Assembly: GCA_030390025.1 (NCBI GenBank)
Contig: CM059449.1
Location: forward strand, 13,640,001-13,704,000
From: Squalus acanthias
Lineage: Eukaryota
Reading direction: 5' to 3'
DNA length: 64,000 nt
Below the pieces are notes generated by a model that was given only the letters and a program-made list of their open reading frames with translations, did no database searches and was not told the origin of the DNA. The stretch's first letter is position 1, and every line of letters starts with the position of its first letter. Made by a program: the position numbers and the translations under genes. This document shows, piece after piece, positions 1 to 14,199 of the stretch.

Positions 1-589
1 CACTATGAAACCTCTGTCACACAAAAACCCCATATTATTTTATAGGAACGTTAGTCGGCCATTACGCCCCTGGAGCCTGTTCCGTCATTTAATTAGATCA
101 TAGCTGATCTATATATCAACTCCATTTACCCGCCATTTACTCCATACACTCCTTAATACCTAACAACGTTTTCCTACATCACAACAGTGACAACACTTCA
201 AAAGTACTTAATTGGCTGTAAAGCGCTATGGGATCCCTGAGGTTGTGAAAAGCGCAATATAAATGCAACTCTTTTCCTTCTTTTTATTCATCATCCCTAT
301 CATTGACGAACTCCATTGGCTGCCTGGCTACACAGCATGGACCTCAAGATGCCCATCCTTCTGGTAAGTCGCTGGACATGTGTTAAATCTCCTCCAGCCA
401 TATGTCCACCCACATCTTTCATGGAACTCCATATGGTCACCCCACTCATTCCACTACAATGCCGGAAGCTGCTTTCTCCTTCACTTCGCCCACACTTCCT
501 CTCCAAAATAAATTCACCGTGTGACCACTCTTTTAATAGCCCGAAACAAAGATCTCTTCAGCTGTGCTGTTGGTTCTCCCCCTTCCACA

Positions 590-910
590 GATCTTGGGGT
601 GGGGGGAGCCCAGAACAAGGGGGCGTAACCTTAACATTAGAGCTAGGCCGTTCAGGGGTGATGTCAACAAACACTTCTACACACAAAGGGTATTTGAAAT
701 CTGGAACTCTCTCCCCCGAAAAGCTGTGGAGGCTGAGGGTCAATTGAAAATTTCCAAACTGAGATCGATAGATTTTTGTTAGGCAAAGGTATTAAGGGTT
801 AGGGAACCAGTGTGGGTGGATGGAGTTAAGATACAGATCAGCCAGGATCTAATTGAATGGTGGAACCGGCTCGAGGGGCTGAGTGGCCTCCTCCTGTGCT
901 TATGTTCTCG
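590..910 (+). mobile_element. CR1 LINE 3' fragment
   Basis: Encodes RTRGRNL...FYTQRVFEIWNSLP, followed by the CR1 3' UTR (gatcagcca...ggctcgaggggctga...). Confidence 0.85.
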
Positions 911-1132
911 GTGTAATCCCTTATTTGGAAAAATTATGGGTTGGCGATTCGAATTTCCCAATAGGTGCCTGGAGGCCTGCGAGTGAAACGCTGATGGGAG
1001 AATTCTAACCTTCCTGTTTACAGACTATATATGAAGAATGGCCATTTGGATCAGGTATTGCAGACAGGCAGGCACGCCTGGCACTGTGCCCAGCCAAAGT
1101 CAGTGTCTTCATGACAGGAAGGGAGGAGGTTT

Positions 1133-1572
1133 TTTTTATTCGTTTATGGGATGTAGGCATCGCTGGCAAGGCCGGCATTTATTGCCCATCTCTAATTGCC
1201 CTTGAGAAGGTGGTGGTGAGCCTCCTACTTGAACCACTGCCGTCTGTGTGGTGAAGGTACTCCCACAGTGCTGATACGGAGGGAGTTCCAGGATTTTGAC
1301 CCAGCGATGATGAGGAATCAGCGATATTATTCCAAGTCAGGATGGTGTGTGACTTGGAGGGGAACTTGGAGGTGGTGGTGTTCCCAGGTGCCTGCTGCCC
1401 TTGTCCTTCTAGGTGGAAGAGGTTTGGTAGGTGTTGCCGAAGAAGCCTTGGCGAGTTGCTGCAGTGCATCTTGTAGATGGTACACACTGCAGCCACGGTA
1501 CGCCGGTGGTGGGGGGAGTGAATGTTTAAGGTGGTGGATGGGGTGCCAATCAAGCGGGCTGCTTTGTTCTGG
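1133..1572 (-). mobile_element. Non-LTR retrotransposon 3' fragment (CR1/L2-group)
   Basis: ORF2 C-terminus-like peptide HHRRTVAAVCTIYKMHC and an A-rich tail. The same tail sequence recurs at 58573-58755. Confidence 0.65.
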
Positions 1573-2741
1573 ACTTGAGGGGTGGGGAGAAAATGAAAAA
1601 GTAAACACTACTGATTGAGAACAATGATACCTTGTCTGCCTTATGTAACTGTATAACATTTCCTGTTCATATTCCAGAAAGAATGGATTGTCAGGAGTCA
1701 TTACCAGTAAGATCATTTGTATTATTTAAATATTATAGTCCTGCATATTAGATCCACTTGGTTGGTGGAACTGTATCCTCTGGGTGGAAAGACTCTTGTA
1801 CCCGATCCTGTTAGCTTCCCGACGGGCGGGTTAGGGTAAAATTGCTCACTTGGAGTTCAAGCTGACACTCAGTGCGTGTCGTGCAACAGGCACCGAACGC
1901 GACTCCGCCTGTTCTGCGTCTGGCCCATGTCCATTTACACCGCCATTATCTGGGGGTTAGCACGTTGCTGAATGTGCTGGTGGGATCTTGCTCTGCGTAA
2001 ATCGGCTGCCGCGTCGCCTACATTACAACAGTGGCTACACTTCAAAAATACTTCATTGGCTGTAAAGCAATGGGATGTCCCGAGGTCGCCAAAGGCGCTA
2101 TATAAGTGCAAGATCATTCCATTCGATTTTGAAGTCCTCATTGTCATTTTTAAATCTTTCGGACGATGCTGGCGATTGTACTTCTTTTAACTATTAAAGG
2201 TCCCTGACTTTTCTTCCTGAACAAATTTGTTCTCTCCGGTTGATATTTCTCACCACTCAAAATAAAAAAAAAAATATGGCTCGAACAAATGCAAATAGAA
2301 TCGGTAAAAAAATGTGATTTTATTTGTAATTGTAACTCTTAGGCACTAACTTCTCGTCTCAGACAAGAGACAATTCTGCCGTATAGCAGCAACACTGACT
2401 TTTGTAGCTACAGCACAGTGAGCTCAGCGAACGCCAGTCGAAGATCAATCCCTTCAAACCAGTGGGATCTTGCTGTCTGCACCCAATCTACATTCCAATC
2501 TACATTCCACTAGGACCATGAAAGCCCAGCAAATCTGTGCACTGAAGTGAACGGGTCTACGAAGGAGAAATTGATTGATATAATACAGTCGTTAATGCTT
2601 GGGACATTTGTATCCAAACAGTGTCCTTTAATAATGTCACAATTTTAATACATTCTGAAGCATCAGAAATTAGCATTAAGAAATGCAAAGAAGAAACATT
2701 CTCCTGTTATGTAATGTCATAATGTAATTAGTAACCGCATT

Positions 2742-3165
2742 AGTGCTGTGGCTCAGTGGTAGTACCCGAGCCTTGGAATCAGAAAATTGTGGGTGCAAGT
2801 CCCACTCCAGAGACTTGAGCACTAAATCCAGACTGACATTCCTGTGCAGTACTGGGGGAGTGCTGCACTGTCGGGGGTGCTGCCTTTTGGATGAGATGTT
2901 AAACAGGCTGCTCTCCGAGGTGGATGTAAAAGGTCCCACAGCACTCGTTCATAGAAAAGCTGGGGCGTTCTCCCTGGTGTGCTCACCCATATTTATCCCA
3001 CAACCAACATTGCGGTTTGTGGGAGCTTGCTAAGCACAAATTTGCTGCCACGTTTCCCTGCATTACAACAGTGACTGCACTTCAAAATTACTGCATTGGC
3101 TGTAAAGCATTTTGGGGTGTGCAGAGGTCGTGAAAGGCACTGTATAAAAGCAAAGCTTTCTTTCT
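2742..3165 (+). mobile_element. tRNA-derived DeuSINE (SacSINE1-like), near full length
   Basis: A/B-box head (tggctcagtggtag...gtgcaagtccc), Deu-domain core and aaaggc.ctgtataaa tail. Many copies in this window. Confidence 0.8.
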
Positions 3166-3459
3166 TTTTATACTATTTGTTTTACCTCATTTTATAGTCA
3201 GATTGGAATTTGACTGTGGAGCTATATTGTGACCCATAACCACTGTGCATTAACATGAAAGTGACAACCTATATGTAGCCTAAATCCTTGTACATCGATC
3301 TGTATATGTATGAATTCTTGGAAATGTACCTTTCTTAGAAATGTACCTTAAAGACTTTTTCTGCACTTTTAATTAAAATTTGAACAAAGAATGTACAAAA
3401 ACAAATGCAAGATGGTGTGGGGAAAAATAGCCTTAAAATTGCATTTTAATCACCTGGTT

Positions 3460-5070
3460 GTATTCTGGGAAGACAGAAAAGTTAATGCCAAGCATTCTGC
3501 AGATTCCGGACAGGAGGAGCAGAACTCGATCCTCACCCAGTAGAGGTTATGGCACCAGAGAATCGAGGAAAAAACTTACTAGATTTGATACAAGTTAAAA
3601 AATGTCAATGGAGAAAATAATGGGACTGAAGAGCAACAAATCTCCAGGAACTGATCGTTTCCACCCCCATGGTATTAAAAGGCTGGGATAGTGCAGATGC
3701 GTCAGTTATGATCTTCCAAAACTCTCTTGCTTCAGGTATTGTCCCTTTGGATTTGAAAATTTCCAATGTTACTCTATTATTTAGGAGAGGTGACAGAGAA
3801 ACCTGGAAATTAGAGACCCATTAGTTCAACAGCTGTCTGGTGTGTTACTAGAAAAGTTACTAAGGACAGAGCAACTGATCACTTGGACAAATGAACAAAT
3901 CGGAGAGCCAGCATGGATTTGTAAAGGCTAAGCCATGTCTAACTAACCTAGTTGAATTTGAGGCAGCCACTAATATGGTAGATAAGGGAGTGTCTAAGGG
4001 AATGTCTATGATTGTTTAGATGGACATCAGAAGGCATTCAATAAGGTTCCATACAAAGAGATTGTTAGCAAAAAAAAACCTGCAAGTGTATGGAATTGAA
4101 GGTAACCTATTGACAAGAGTAGGGAATTGGTTAAGGGGTTCGGAGACAGTAGGGATAATAGGTATGTACTCAAGTGGCACATGTCCCCCAGCATCGATAC
4201 TGGGGTCCCAGCTTTTTACTATATTTGTCAATGACGCAGATGAAGGGAGAGAGCTGGGTATCCAAGTTTGCTGATCACACCAAGTTAGATAACACAGTAA
4301 GTAATGAAAATGGGAGCTGAAAGTTGCAAAGGGATGTTGATAGATCAAGCAAGTGGCAAAAGTGTGGCAGGTGGAGTTCACGATGGGGAAAGTGATCATC
4401 CATTTTGGACTGCAGAAAGCTCAGAGCATTTTCTAAAATGGTGAAACGTCAGGCATTGTGGATGAACAGAGAGATTTAGGAATCCATGTACAGAAATCAA
4501 TAACAGAAGTGGATGGTGCAAAAAAAATTAAGGCTAATGTAATGTTGGCCTTTCAAGGGAACTGGAACACAAAGGGGTGAAAATATAGTGCAGTTGTACA
4601 AAGCTCTGGTTTTGACCAGATCGGGAGCACTGCGTTCAGTTCTGGGCTCCACACCTCAGGAAGGATATACTGGCCTTGGAAGGGGTGCAGCATAGATTCA
4701 CAATGCCAAAAGGATTAAATTATGGAGGACAAGTTGCATAGACTAGGCTTGTGTTCCCTTAAGGGGCGTTCCCTTGAGGGGTGATCTAATGGAGGCATTT
4801 TGGATGTAAAGGATTTGAGAGAGAAATTTCCTCGGGTGGGGAAATCCAGAACAAGGAGGACATAACCTTAAAATTAGAGCTAGGCTATTCGAGTGATATC
4901 AGGAAGCACTTCATACAGGGTTGTGGAACTCTGGGGCTCTCCCCAAAAAGCTGTGGAGGCTCAGGGTCAATTGAAAATGTCAAAACCGAGTGATAGATTG
5001 TGGGATGAAGGTGGATAACTCCCATGATCTATTTGAATGGTGGGACTGGCTTGAGGGCCTACTCCTGTAT
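3460..5070 (+). mobile_element. Old, degenerate CR1 LINE
   Basis: Frameshifted RT remnants (YGIEGNLL, LGSQLFTIFVND) and a CR1 3' end. Confidence 0.8.
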
Positions 5071-5371
5071 TCCATACACACACAAAAAAACACAGCCCAG
5101 GAACACTGCACAGAGACTTTCGATGCAGATTCTCAAATGTATTAAAGTCAGAAGACTTGCTTACAAAGGAAACGCGGTACAAAAGCTAGATATCAGGCAA
5201 CAACGAAAAGCACCATGTGATTTGGCTCTTCCACAACACGGGATCCGAATCCAGGGAGGGAACGAGGCGACACACTGGAAGTGGATCAGGCCACACCGAC
5301 ACGATACTTCATTAAACTGCTGTTAGCTCACACCACCCTCAAAAGAATGATCTACTGAGGAGAGACAGACA

Positions 5372-5372
<1 letters not shown>

Positions 5373-5406
<34 letters not shown>
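5373..5406. repeat. (AC)n microsatellite
   Basis: Pure AC run of about 17 units. Confidence 0.95.
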
Positions 5407-5408
<2 letters not shown>

Positions 5409-6119
5409 AGTCCTTCAATGAATTTGTGTCATTTATATTATGGAAAAATGTGTAAAGGTTGGAGAACATTTTTTTCCTCTCCACATCGATTTCAGCCAGG
5501 GCAGTGGTTGGGGCTCTGTAATTGGTCGAACTGATCCCAGATCTGAGGGGGGGGGATGGGTTGGGCAAGAAAGATGCTCTAGGGACCATAACGGACCCAG
5601 GGTTCCTACTCTAGTTCACTATGCAGTGTCTCCCCCAGCAGGAAAGAACGAGTGTGGGCTTTCCTGCAAACAGCCAGTCAATGCTCACAGGCCTAGGGTC
5701 GCACACAGAACTTGGGCTACACACTAAAAATAATGAAAGACCCAGCGATTTCTTTCTGCCGAGGGATCTGGCGCAGAGCATACCACACGATATGTATTAC
5801 TGCTGTTGCAAAGATTCAAGCAGGGAATTTAAGTTTACACGGCACCTTAATTTTCTCAAGAAACTTTTCCATCTTTCTCCAGCAGATGTAGAAATCTTGC
5901 ACAAGAAATGTTCTCAATTAGGTCGCAAGAGGAAAAACAGCAACATGACACCTGCAGTTTGTTCAAATTAATGGATGCACTATTCACAGGATTGCTCATT
6001 TTAAAAGAGGACATTTTTACAGGTGCTAATTACTCTAAGAGGGCCAGAAAGCAGAGCGGTGCGTTGTATCACTATTCCCGAACTCTAGGTGGTGCTGTTG
6101 CACAGAGTGACACATTTAA

Positions 6120-7690
6120 AATAAAACCAGAAAATGCTGGAGATACTCAGCAGGTCAGGCAGCATCTGTGAAGAGAGAAACAGAGTTAACGTTTCAGTTC
6201 GATGACCTTTCGTCAGAACTGGAAAAAAGCAGGAAATAGAACAGATTTTTAAGCAAGTGTAGGGGCTGGGAAATGGGGGAGGGGATGAAAGAACAAAAGG
6301 GAAGGTCTGTGATAGGATAGAGGGCAGAAGAGGTTCAGAGACATTAAGAGATATTCAAGGCAAAAGGAGATGGTAATGGGACAGGTTAAGAAACAAAGGA
6401 TGGCTCTAGATGAAGTGTAAATTGCGCTGGCAGAATGAAAGACATCTGCCATGTGGGGGAGAAGAAAAAAAGGACTGACAAAGAGTGTGGATAAAAAATA
6501 TATATATATATGACAGGGGCCGAGGTTATGATCTGAAATTGTTGAACTCTAAGTTGACTCCAGAAGGCTGTAAAATGCCTAATTGAAAGATGAGGTGCTG
6601 TTCCTCGAGCTTACTTTGAGCTTCACTGGAACAATGCAAGAGGCCGAGGACGGTGAGGTCAGAGTGGGAGTGGAGCGGTGAATTAAAGTTACAGGCGACC
6701 GGAAGCTCGGGGTCCACCTTACGGACTGAACGGAGGTGTTCCGTAAAGCGGTCACCCAATCTGCGTTTGGTCTCCCCAATGTAGAGGAGACCACATCATG
6801 AGCAGCGAATACAGTATATTAAATTGCAAGAAGTACAAGTAAATCACTGTTTCACCTGGAAGGGGTGTTTGGGGCCCTGGATAGTGGGAAAGGGGGAGGT
6901 ATAAGAGCATGTGTAGCATCTCCTGCGCTTGCACGGGAAGGTGCTGGGCGAAGGGGAAGGGGGGTTGGGGGTGATAGAGGAGTGGACTAGGGTGTCGCGG
7001 AGGGAGCGGTTTCTGTGGAATGCTGAAAGGGGAGGTGAGGGGAAGATGCGTTTGGTGGTGGGATCACGTTGGACGTGGCGGAAATGGCGGAGGATGATCC
7101 GTTGAATGTGTAGGCTGGTGGGGTGAAAGGTGAGGACAAGGGGAACTCTGTCGTGGTTCAGGGAGAGAGGGGCAGGGGTGAGGGCAGAAGTGCGGGAGAT
7201 AGAACGGACACGGTCGAGGGCTGTGTCAACCACTGTAGAGGGGAATCCTCGGTTGAGGAAAAAGGAAGACATGTCGGAAGCACTGGTATGGAAGGTGGCC
7301 TCGTCAGAGCAGATGCGGCGGGGATGGAGAAACTGGGAGAATGGAATAGAGTCCTTACAGGAGGAGGGTTGGGAGGAAGTGTAGTCCAGGTAGCTGTGGG
7401 AGTAAGTGGGCTTGTAGTGAATGTTTGTCAATAACCTAGCCCCAGAGATGGAGACAGAGAAGTCGAGGAAGGGAAGGGAAGGGAAGAGTCGGAGATGGAC
7501 CATGTGAAGGTGAGGGAAGGGTGGAAATTGGAAGCGAAGTGAATGAAATTATCTAGTTCAGGGCGAGAGCAGGAAACGGCACCGATACAGTCATCAATGT
7601 ACCGGAAAAAGAGGTGAGGGAGGGGACCTGAGTAGGACTGGAACAAAGAGTGTTCGACATATCCCAAGAAAAGGCAGGCATAGATATGAC
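6120..7690 (-). mobile_element. Penelope-like element (RT plus GIY-YIG endonuclease), 5'-truncated and frameshifted
   Basis: RT motifs YACLFLGYVE and FFRYIDD, FLD...YKPT.SHSYL, Cys linker CKRRRCYTC, and GIY-YIG C-terminus (RFTEHLRSV, PVACNF, EQHLIFQLG). The 3' UTR carries a hammerhead motif. Confidence 0.9.
6184..6220 (-). ncRNA. Minimal type I hammerhead ribozyme motif in PLE 3' repeat
   Basis: AGUU-CUGACGA-aaggucaucgaacu-GAAA-CGUU-AACU. Stem I is intact and stem II has one mismatch. Confidence 0.7.
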
Positions 7691-9532
7691 CCGTGTAAAG
7701 TTGACAAATTTGTGACAAATTTAAAGTTGTTCCACCGAGCAACAGCGCCATCTGCTGGCAGCACCGGCAACAGCGAGCACTTCTCACCAGATTGGAGCCT
7801 CCTTCACTGCAAGATAATGGGGGCTAAATTTTCAATTTGGGACTTGGGTGTAAATCTGGAATTGCAGATCGGCATAGAAACTGCCCAATTTTTCATTTAA
7901 TCCAGTTGTACACCTAGGCGGCAATTTGAAAACATACATCCAATGTGTGTAAACATTCTGAATGCAATTTGAAAAATAAAAGCACTAAGAGGCAGCTGCC
8001 CCTCTTTACTGAATAGTCGTTTGACCACCCCCCCCCCCTCACCCCCCGCAAAAAAACCTCGCACTGATCATTGAGCATCGTGAATGCGGAAGGGGCAAAA
8101 CAAGAGCGCCACATCTGTCCACGATTTTAGCACAGGAATCAACCTGCTCAATAGACCTGTGCACAAAATAATGGAGAGACCACAGAATCAATCTCAGAAT
8201 CAGAGGGATTTGGAAAAATCCTACACATTTCCAAAAGGCACAAGCTGATTTGAAGTTACTTTCCCTCCCCTCCCCCTCCCATACATTTATTTTTTGGCCA
8301 AATACAAAGCAGCGAGATGAACAATCTACTGAATGACGAACACATTTATTTAAAGGGAAGGCTGGACATTGCCTGATGTTCTGCAGGAAGCTTCTAGAAT
8401 GTTAGAACAACAAGTTCATCTTGAAGTCCCCACACACAGGGTTTCGATACAGCGGCGCTGGATTCAGTCAGAGTGGGTTTGGCCACAGCTGGGATTGGGA
8501 TGATGCCTAGTTTCAGGAATGTGATATTGTCTCTTCCTCCCACGATATTTAACCCAGAATATGCCTGACCAGCCGCAGACTGGAAAAACAAAAACAAAAA
8601 AGCCTTCAAATACTCGAGTCCTGGGCAATCTGCCCTGAAAGGACGAAAAATTGAGGAAAACCCAGATGAGAGAGAGATCCAGAGCTATTCTCGGAAGTGT
8701 GTATAGGATTGGAGAGGATCAAGCTTCAGCAAGGAGCTAGACATCTCCCGCTCAGCAAAGATTCCGGTGCTTCATCGATATCCAGATCAGAAATCGAACA
8801 CAAATCCCAGAAAAAAACACACAAGGAGATCCAAACTTAGGAGCGGAGCCAGAATTTCAGGGATCGAGGAGAGGACCACACCCATTCTCTAATTGGAACA
8901 TTGAGTGGGAAGTGGAGACGGGAATGTTTGCCCCCGAGAGCAGAGCCAGTGTGGCTGCAGTAATTGAGCTTCTACCCCTAGGTGTCACTGGTACACCCAC
9001 CATCTGAAGCCTGATACAATAAGGCTTGGCTCTGCTCAAAGTCGCATCTGCTGCAGGTTGGGCCCCGATTACCTTGCTGAGACGAGCTCTCAATTTTTAG
9101 CCTATGTGAAAGAATCAGACTTCATTTTTAGGGTGGGGTTGGGGGGGGGCGTGGGGGCTGTTCCTGATCCAAACATTCCAGTGTGTATCCCTCATATCCC
9201 TGGTATCCATCAAATCAGAGCCATTTCTACTCTATTCCACTGTGGAGTTAAGGCTGGGGGAGGGGATCCAATCAATTCTAGTACTCAAACTTCTTATTGA
9301 TTAGAATCGAGCAGGAGCTCAGGGCTGCCCTCAGTTTCGTCACTCCGTGTAGGAGGCCGGGATCAGCGTGTAGTCCGGAAGCTTCTTGAAGGCCGGAAAA
9401 TAAAAAGGTGAAAAAAAACTCATTAAAATAAATCAAGGTAGTGGTTACTAACCAGTCGCAGGAACACTGCGGCAGTGACTGAAATCCCTGCACAACAAGT
9501 GCCCGACACCTCTTCCCTCAACACCACGGACA

Positions 9533-10020
9533 ACTTGTATTTATATAGCGCCTTTAATGTAGTAAAACATCCCAAGGTGCTTCACAGGACCGATTATCAA
9601 ACAAACTTTGACACCGAGCCACAGAAGATATTCGGATAGGTGCTCAAAAGCTTGGTCAAAGAGGTAGGTATTAAAGGAGCGTCTTAAAAGGAGGTGGAGA
9701 GGTTTAGGGAGGGAATTCCAGAGCTTAGGTTCCAGGCAGCTGAAGGCACGGCCACCAATGGTGGAGCGAAGGAAATTGGGGATGTGTAAGAGGCTAATTT
9801 GGAGTTGCGCAGAAATCTGAGGGTTGTAGGGCTGGAGGAGGTTACAGAGATAGGGAGAGGGCGAGGCCATGGAGGGATTTGAAACCAGGATGAGAAGAGG
9901 CGTTATCGGGCCAGGAGCCAATGTAGATCAGCGAGCTCAGGGGTGATGGTGAATGGGGCTTGGTGTTAGGATATGGGCAGCAGGATATGGGCAGCAGAGT
10001 TTTGGATGAGCTCAAGTTTA
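9533..10020 (-). mobile_element. L2 LINE 3' fragment
   Basis: GGRAFSCLEPKLWNSLP motif and an aaaggcgctatataaatacaag tail. Confidence 0.8.
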
Positions 10021-10329
10021 CGTCCTCATGGGCAGCTGCCAAGTGAAAGCAGATTACTTCCCCCACCACAGGAAAACAAAAATTTAAAAAATCCAAAATG
10101 TTGCAATCCATTAAATAATTCTACTTCAATTAGATGCTTTCACTTGTTGCACGGACGCTGGAATAAGACTGCCTCCTGATAGCGTCGAAAGTGGCAGGGA
10201 ACCTAACCGAATCCTAGCTCAGTCCATGTTCCATGGTCAGACACAAAGAAACATGGAGCAGCAAGCACAATGAGTGAAGGATGTCCCTCTCCCACAGACC
10301 ACCACCATACAAGACAATTGCAGCAAGCA

Positions 10330-13020
10330 CAAGAACATAAGAAATAGGAGCAGGAGTAGGCCATTTGGACCTTCGAACCTGCTCCGCCATTCAATAAGAT
10401 CATGGCTGATCTTCCACCTCATGTTCACTTTCCCACACTATCCTCATATCCCTTGATTCACTTAATATTCAAAAATCTATCGATCTCTGCCGTGAATATA
10501 CTCAACAACGGAGCCGCCACAGCCCTCTGGTGTCGAGAATTCCAAAGATTTACCACCCTCTGAGTGAATTCCAAAGATTCACCACACTTTTGTGTTTCAT
10601 GCACAAGGACCCCCAGGTCCCTCTGAACTGTAGCATTTTGTAATCTCTCTCCATTTAAATAATAATTTGCTTTTTATTTTTCCTGCCAAAGTGGATAACC
10701 TCGCACTTTCCCGCATTATACTCCATCTGCCAAATGTTTGCCCACTCACCTAGCCTGTCTATGTCGCTTTGCAGATTCTTTGAGTCCTCTGCACAACTTG
10801 CTTTCCCACCCATCTTTGTATCATCCGCAAACTTGGCTACATTACACTCGGTCCCTTCATCCAAGTCATTAATGTAGATTGTAAATAGTTGAGGCCCCAG
10901 AACCGATTACTGTGGCACCACACTATTTACTGTTTGCCAACCGGAAAATGACCCATTTATCCCTTCTCTCTGCTTTCTATTAGTTAGCCAATTCTCTATC
11001 CATGCTAATATATTACCCCCAACACAGTGAGCTCTTATCTTATGCAGTAATCTTTTATGTGGCATCTTATCGAGTGCCTTCTGGAAATCCAAATACACCA
11101 CATCCACTGGCTCACCCTGCTCGTTACATCCTCAAAGAACTGTAGCAAGTTTGTTAAACATGAATTCCCTTTCATAAACCTATGCTGACTCTGTTTGACT
11201 GCATTATGAATTTCCAAATGCTCTGATACTGCTTTCTTGATGAAGGACTCCAGCATTTTCCCAACGACAGATGTTAGGCTAACTGGTCTATAGTTTCCTG
11301 CTTTCTGTCTCCCTCACTTCTTAAATAGGGGTGTTACATTTGCGGTTTTCCAATCCGCTGGGACATCTCCAGAGTCCAGGGAATTTTGGTATATTGCAAC
11401 CGATGCATCCACTATCTCGCAGGCACTTCTTTTAAGACCCTGGGATGCAGGCCATCTGGTCCAGGGGACTTGTCGTCTTTTAGTCCCATTATTTTACCAA
11501 GTACTTATTCAGTAGTGATAGTGATTGTCTTTAGTTCCCCCCTCCCTGAGGCCCCTTGATTATCCATTATTGGATGTTGTTAGTGTCTTCTACTGTGAAG
11601 ACAGATACAAAATATTTGTTCAGAGTCTCTGCCATTTCCCCATTCCCCATTATTAATTCCCCAGTTTCATCCTCAAAGGGACCAACGTTTACTTTAGCTA
11701 CTTTATTCCTTTTTATATACCTGTAGAAGCTCTTACTATCTGTCTTAATATTTCTTGCCAGTTTACTCTCATAATTCATCTTCTCTCTCTTTATTTTTTT
11801 TTAGTCATCCTTTGCTGGTTTTTAAAATTTCCCAATCCTCTGCCCTCCCACCAATCTTGTTAACATTGTATGCCTTCGTTTTCAATTTACTACCATCCTT
11901 TACTTCCTTAGTTAGCCACGGGTGGTGCTCCCTTCTCTTAAAATCTTTCTTTCTCACTGGAATATGTTTTTGTTGAGAGTTATGAAATATCTCCTTAAAT
12001 GTCCGCCACTGCATTTCAACTGTCTCACCCTTTCATTTATTTTTCAAGTCTATTTTAGCCAGTTCTGCCCTCAGGCCATTGTAATTGCCTTTGTTTAAGA
12101 TCAGGACACTGGTTTGAGATACAACTTTCTCACCCTCCAACTGAATTTGAAATTCAACCAAGCTATAATCACTCTTTCCTAGAGGATCCTTTACAATGAG
12201 ATCATTTATTAATTCTGTCTCATTACACAATACCAGATCCAAGATAGCCTGCTCGCTGGTTGGTTCCATTACATACTGTTCTAGGAAACCATCCTGGATA
12301 AATTCTATGAACTCCTCTTTAAGGCTACCATGGCCAATTTAATTTGTCCAATCAATATGGAGATTAAAATCACCCATGATTATTACAGTACCTTTTTTAC
12401 AGGCTTGCATTATTTGTTGCTTTATACTCTGTCCAACAGTATTGTCAATGTTCAGGGCCCTGTAGACTATGCCCACCAGAGACTTTTTCCCCTTATTATT
12501 TTTTATCTGTACCCAAACCGATTCTTGACCTTCTGAACCAGTATCACTTCTCACCACTGCACTGATCCCATCCTTTACCAACAAAGCCACTCACCTCCTT
12601 TTCCTTTCTGTCTATCCTTCCAAATTGTCAAATACCCTGGAATATTCAGTTCCCAGCCCAGGTCACCTTGCAACCACGACTCTGTAATGGTGATCAGATC
12701 ATACCCATTTGTATCTATTTGTGCCGTCAACTCATCTATCTTGTTACGAATGCTGTGTGCATTCAGATATAGAGACTTTAACTTTGTCTTTTTACCATTT
12801 CTCCTGTTTTGTCCCCATTGTCTGTTGCACTCTTATTCTTAAACATTCTGTCCCTTCCTGTCACACTCTGGTTACTATTTCCCCCATCTCTATCCTGCTC
12901 CATTGGTTTCTCATTTCTCATTGACTTTTTAAATTCCTGCTCACCTGGACCCTCAGTACTATCCGTTTTTCTGACTCTGGCCTCTTGTGGGGATATCCCT
13001 CCTTCTCGTTGCCCCACGAC
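10330..13020 (-). mobile_element. CR1 LINE, long degenerate copy (endonuclease plus RT, internal deletion near 10580)
   Basis: IMGDFNLHIDW, EPTSEQAILDLVL, VYLDFQKALD and KFADDTK motifs, and an (aagaacat)n tail. Confidence 0.9.
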
Positions 13021-13334
13021 TGGCAGCTGTCCCTTTTCGCATTAGTTCAGAAGAGACGCTGACAATCCAAGTTGTACATGGGCCATTGGAAGGAATGTGC
13101 AGGATGGCTCGAATGTCCTTTCTCCTTCCACTCATTCTGATGCTTGTAATTTAATATAGTCCTTGATCCCTTCCTTGTGCTCAGAATCTTTCTCCACCCC
13201 CCGCCAACCGCCCCCCCCCACCCCAAACCCCCCCCCCCCCCCCCAGCCCCAAACTTCTAAAAGTTTGTCCAAAATCGAAAATCCAATAACATTCTCCCTT
13301 AGGCATTAACTTAGACAACAATGGACATACAACA

Positions 13335-13895
13335 TAATTATATAGGGCCCTGGTGAGACTACACCTGGACTGTTGTGTACAATTTTGGTCTCATTACCTA
13401 AGGAAGGATATACTTGTCGTAGAGGGAGTGCAACGAAGGTTCACCAGACTGGTTTCTGGGATGGGGGGAATGTCCTATGAGGAGAGATTGAGTAGACTAG
13501 GCTTATATTCTCTAGAGTTTAGAAGAATGAGAGGTGATCTCATTGAAACATGCACAATTCTTAGAGGGCTTAACAGTGTAGATGCAGTGAGGATGCTTCC
13601 CCTGGCTGGGGAGTCTAGAAGCAGGGGTCACAGTCTCATAATAAGGGGTCGGCCATTTAGAACTGAGATGAGGAGAAATTTCTTCACTCAGAGGGTGGTG
13701 AATCTTTGGAATTCTCTACCCCAGAGGGCTGTGGAGGCTCAGTCGTTGAATATATTCAAGACAGAGATCGATAGATTTTTGAATATTAAGAAAATCAAGG
13801 GATATGGGGATAGTGCAGGAAAGTGCAGAGGTAGAAGATCAGCCATGATCTTATTGAATGGAGGAGCAGGCTCGAAGGGCCAAATTGCCTACTTT
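13335..13895 (+). mobile_element. CR1 LINE 3' fragment
   Basis: HLDCCVQFWS...RGDLIE...FFTQRVVNLWNSLP. Confidence 0.9.
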
Positions 13896-14199
13896 TACTG
13901 TACAGCATTGACTGTCCAACTTACGATGTTTAACTATCATTTTACACATCTGCAGCCAATGAATCGTTATAGCGAATAAGGTCCAATTACGAAATCTGCC
14001 ACCTCCAAAGAATCTATCTTTACATGAGAAGATTGGTGATCCAGAAGTAACAATGAAATGGAAGTTCATTTGGAATAAACTATTAATTCTCCCCCACCAT
14101 GGAACTCGGGACAAACTTTGTGACCTTTACATCATGAATGCATACTTCGCCCAAAGATGAATGTTTTTATTTGCTTAAAAATAATATTTACCATGACAT

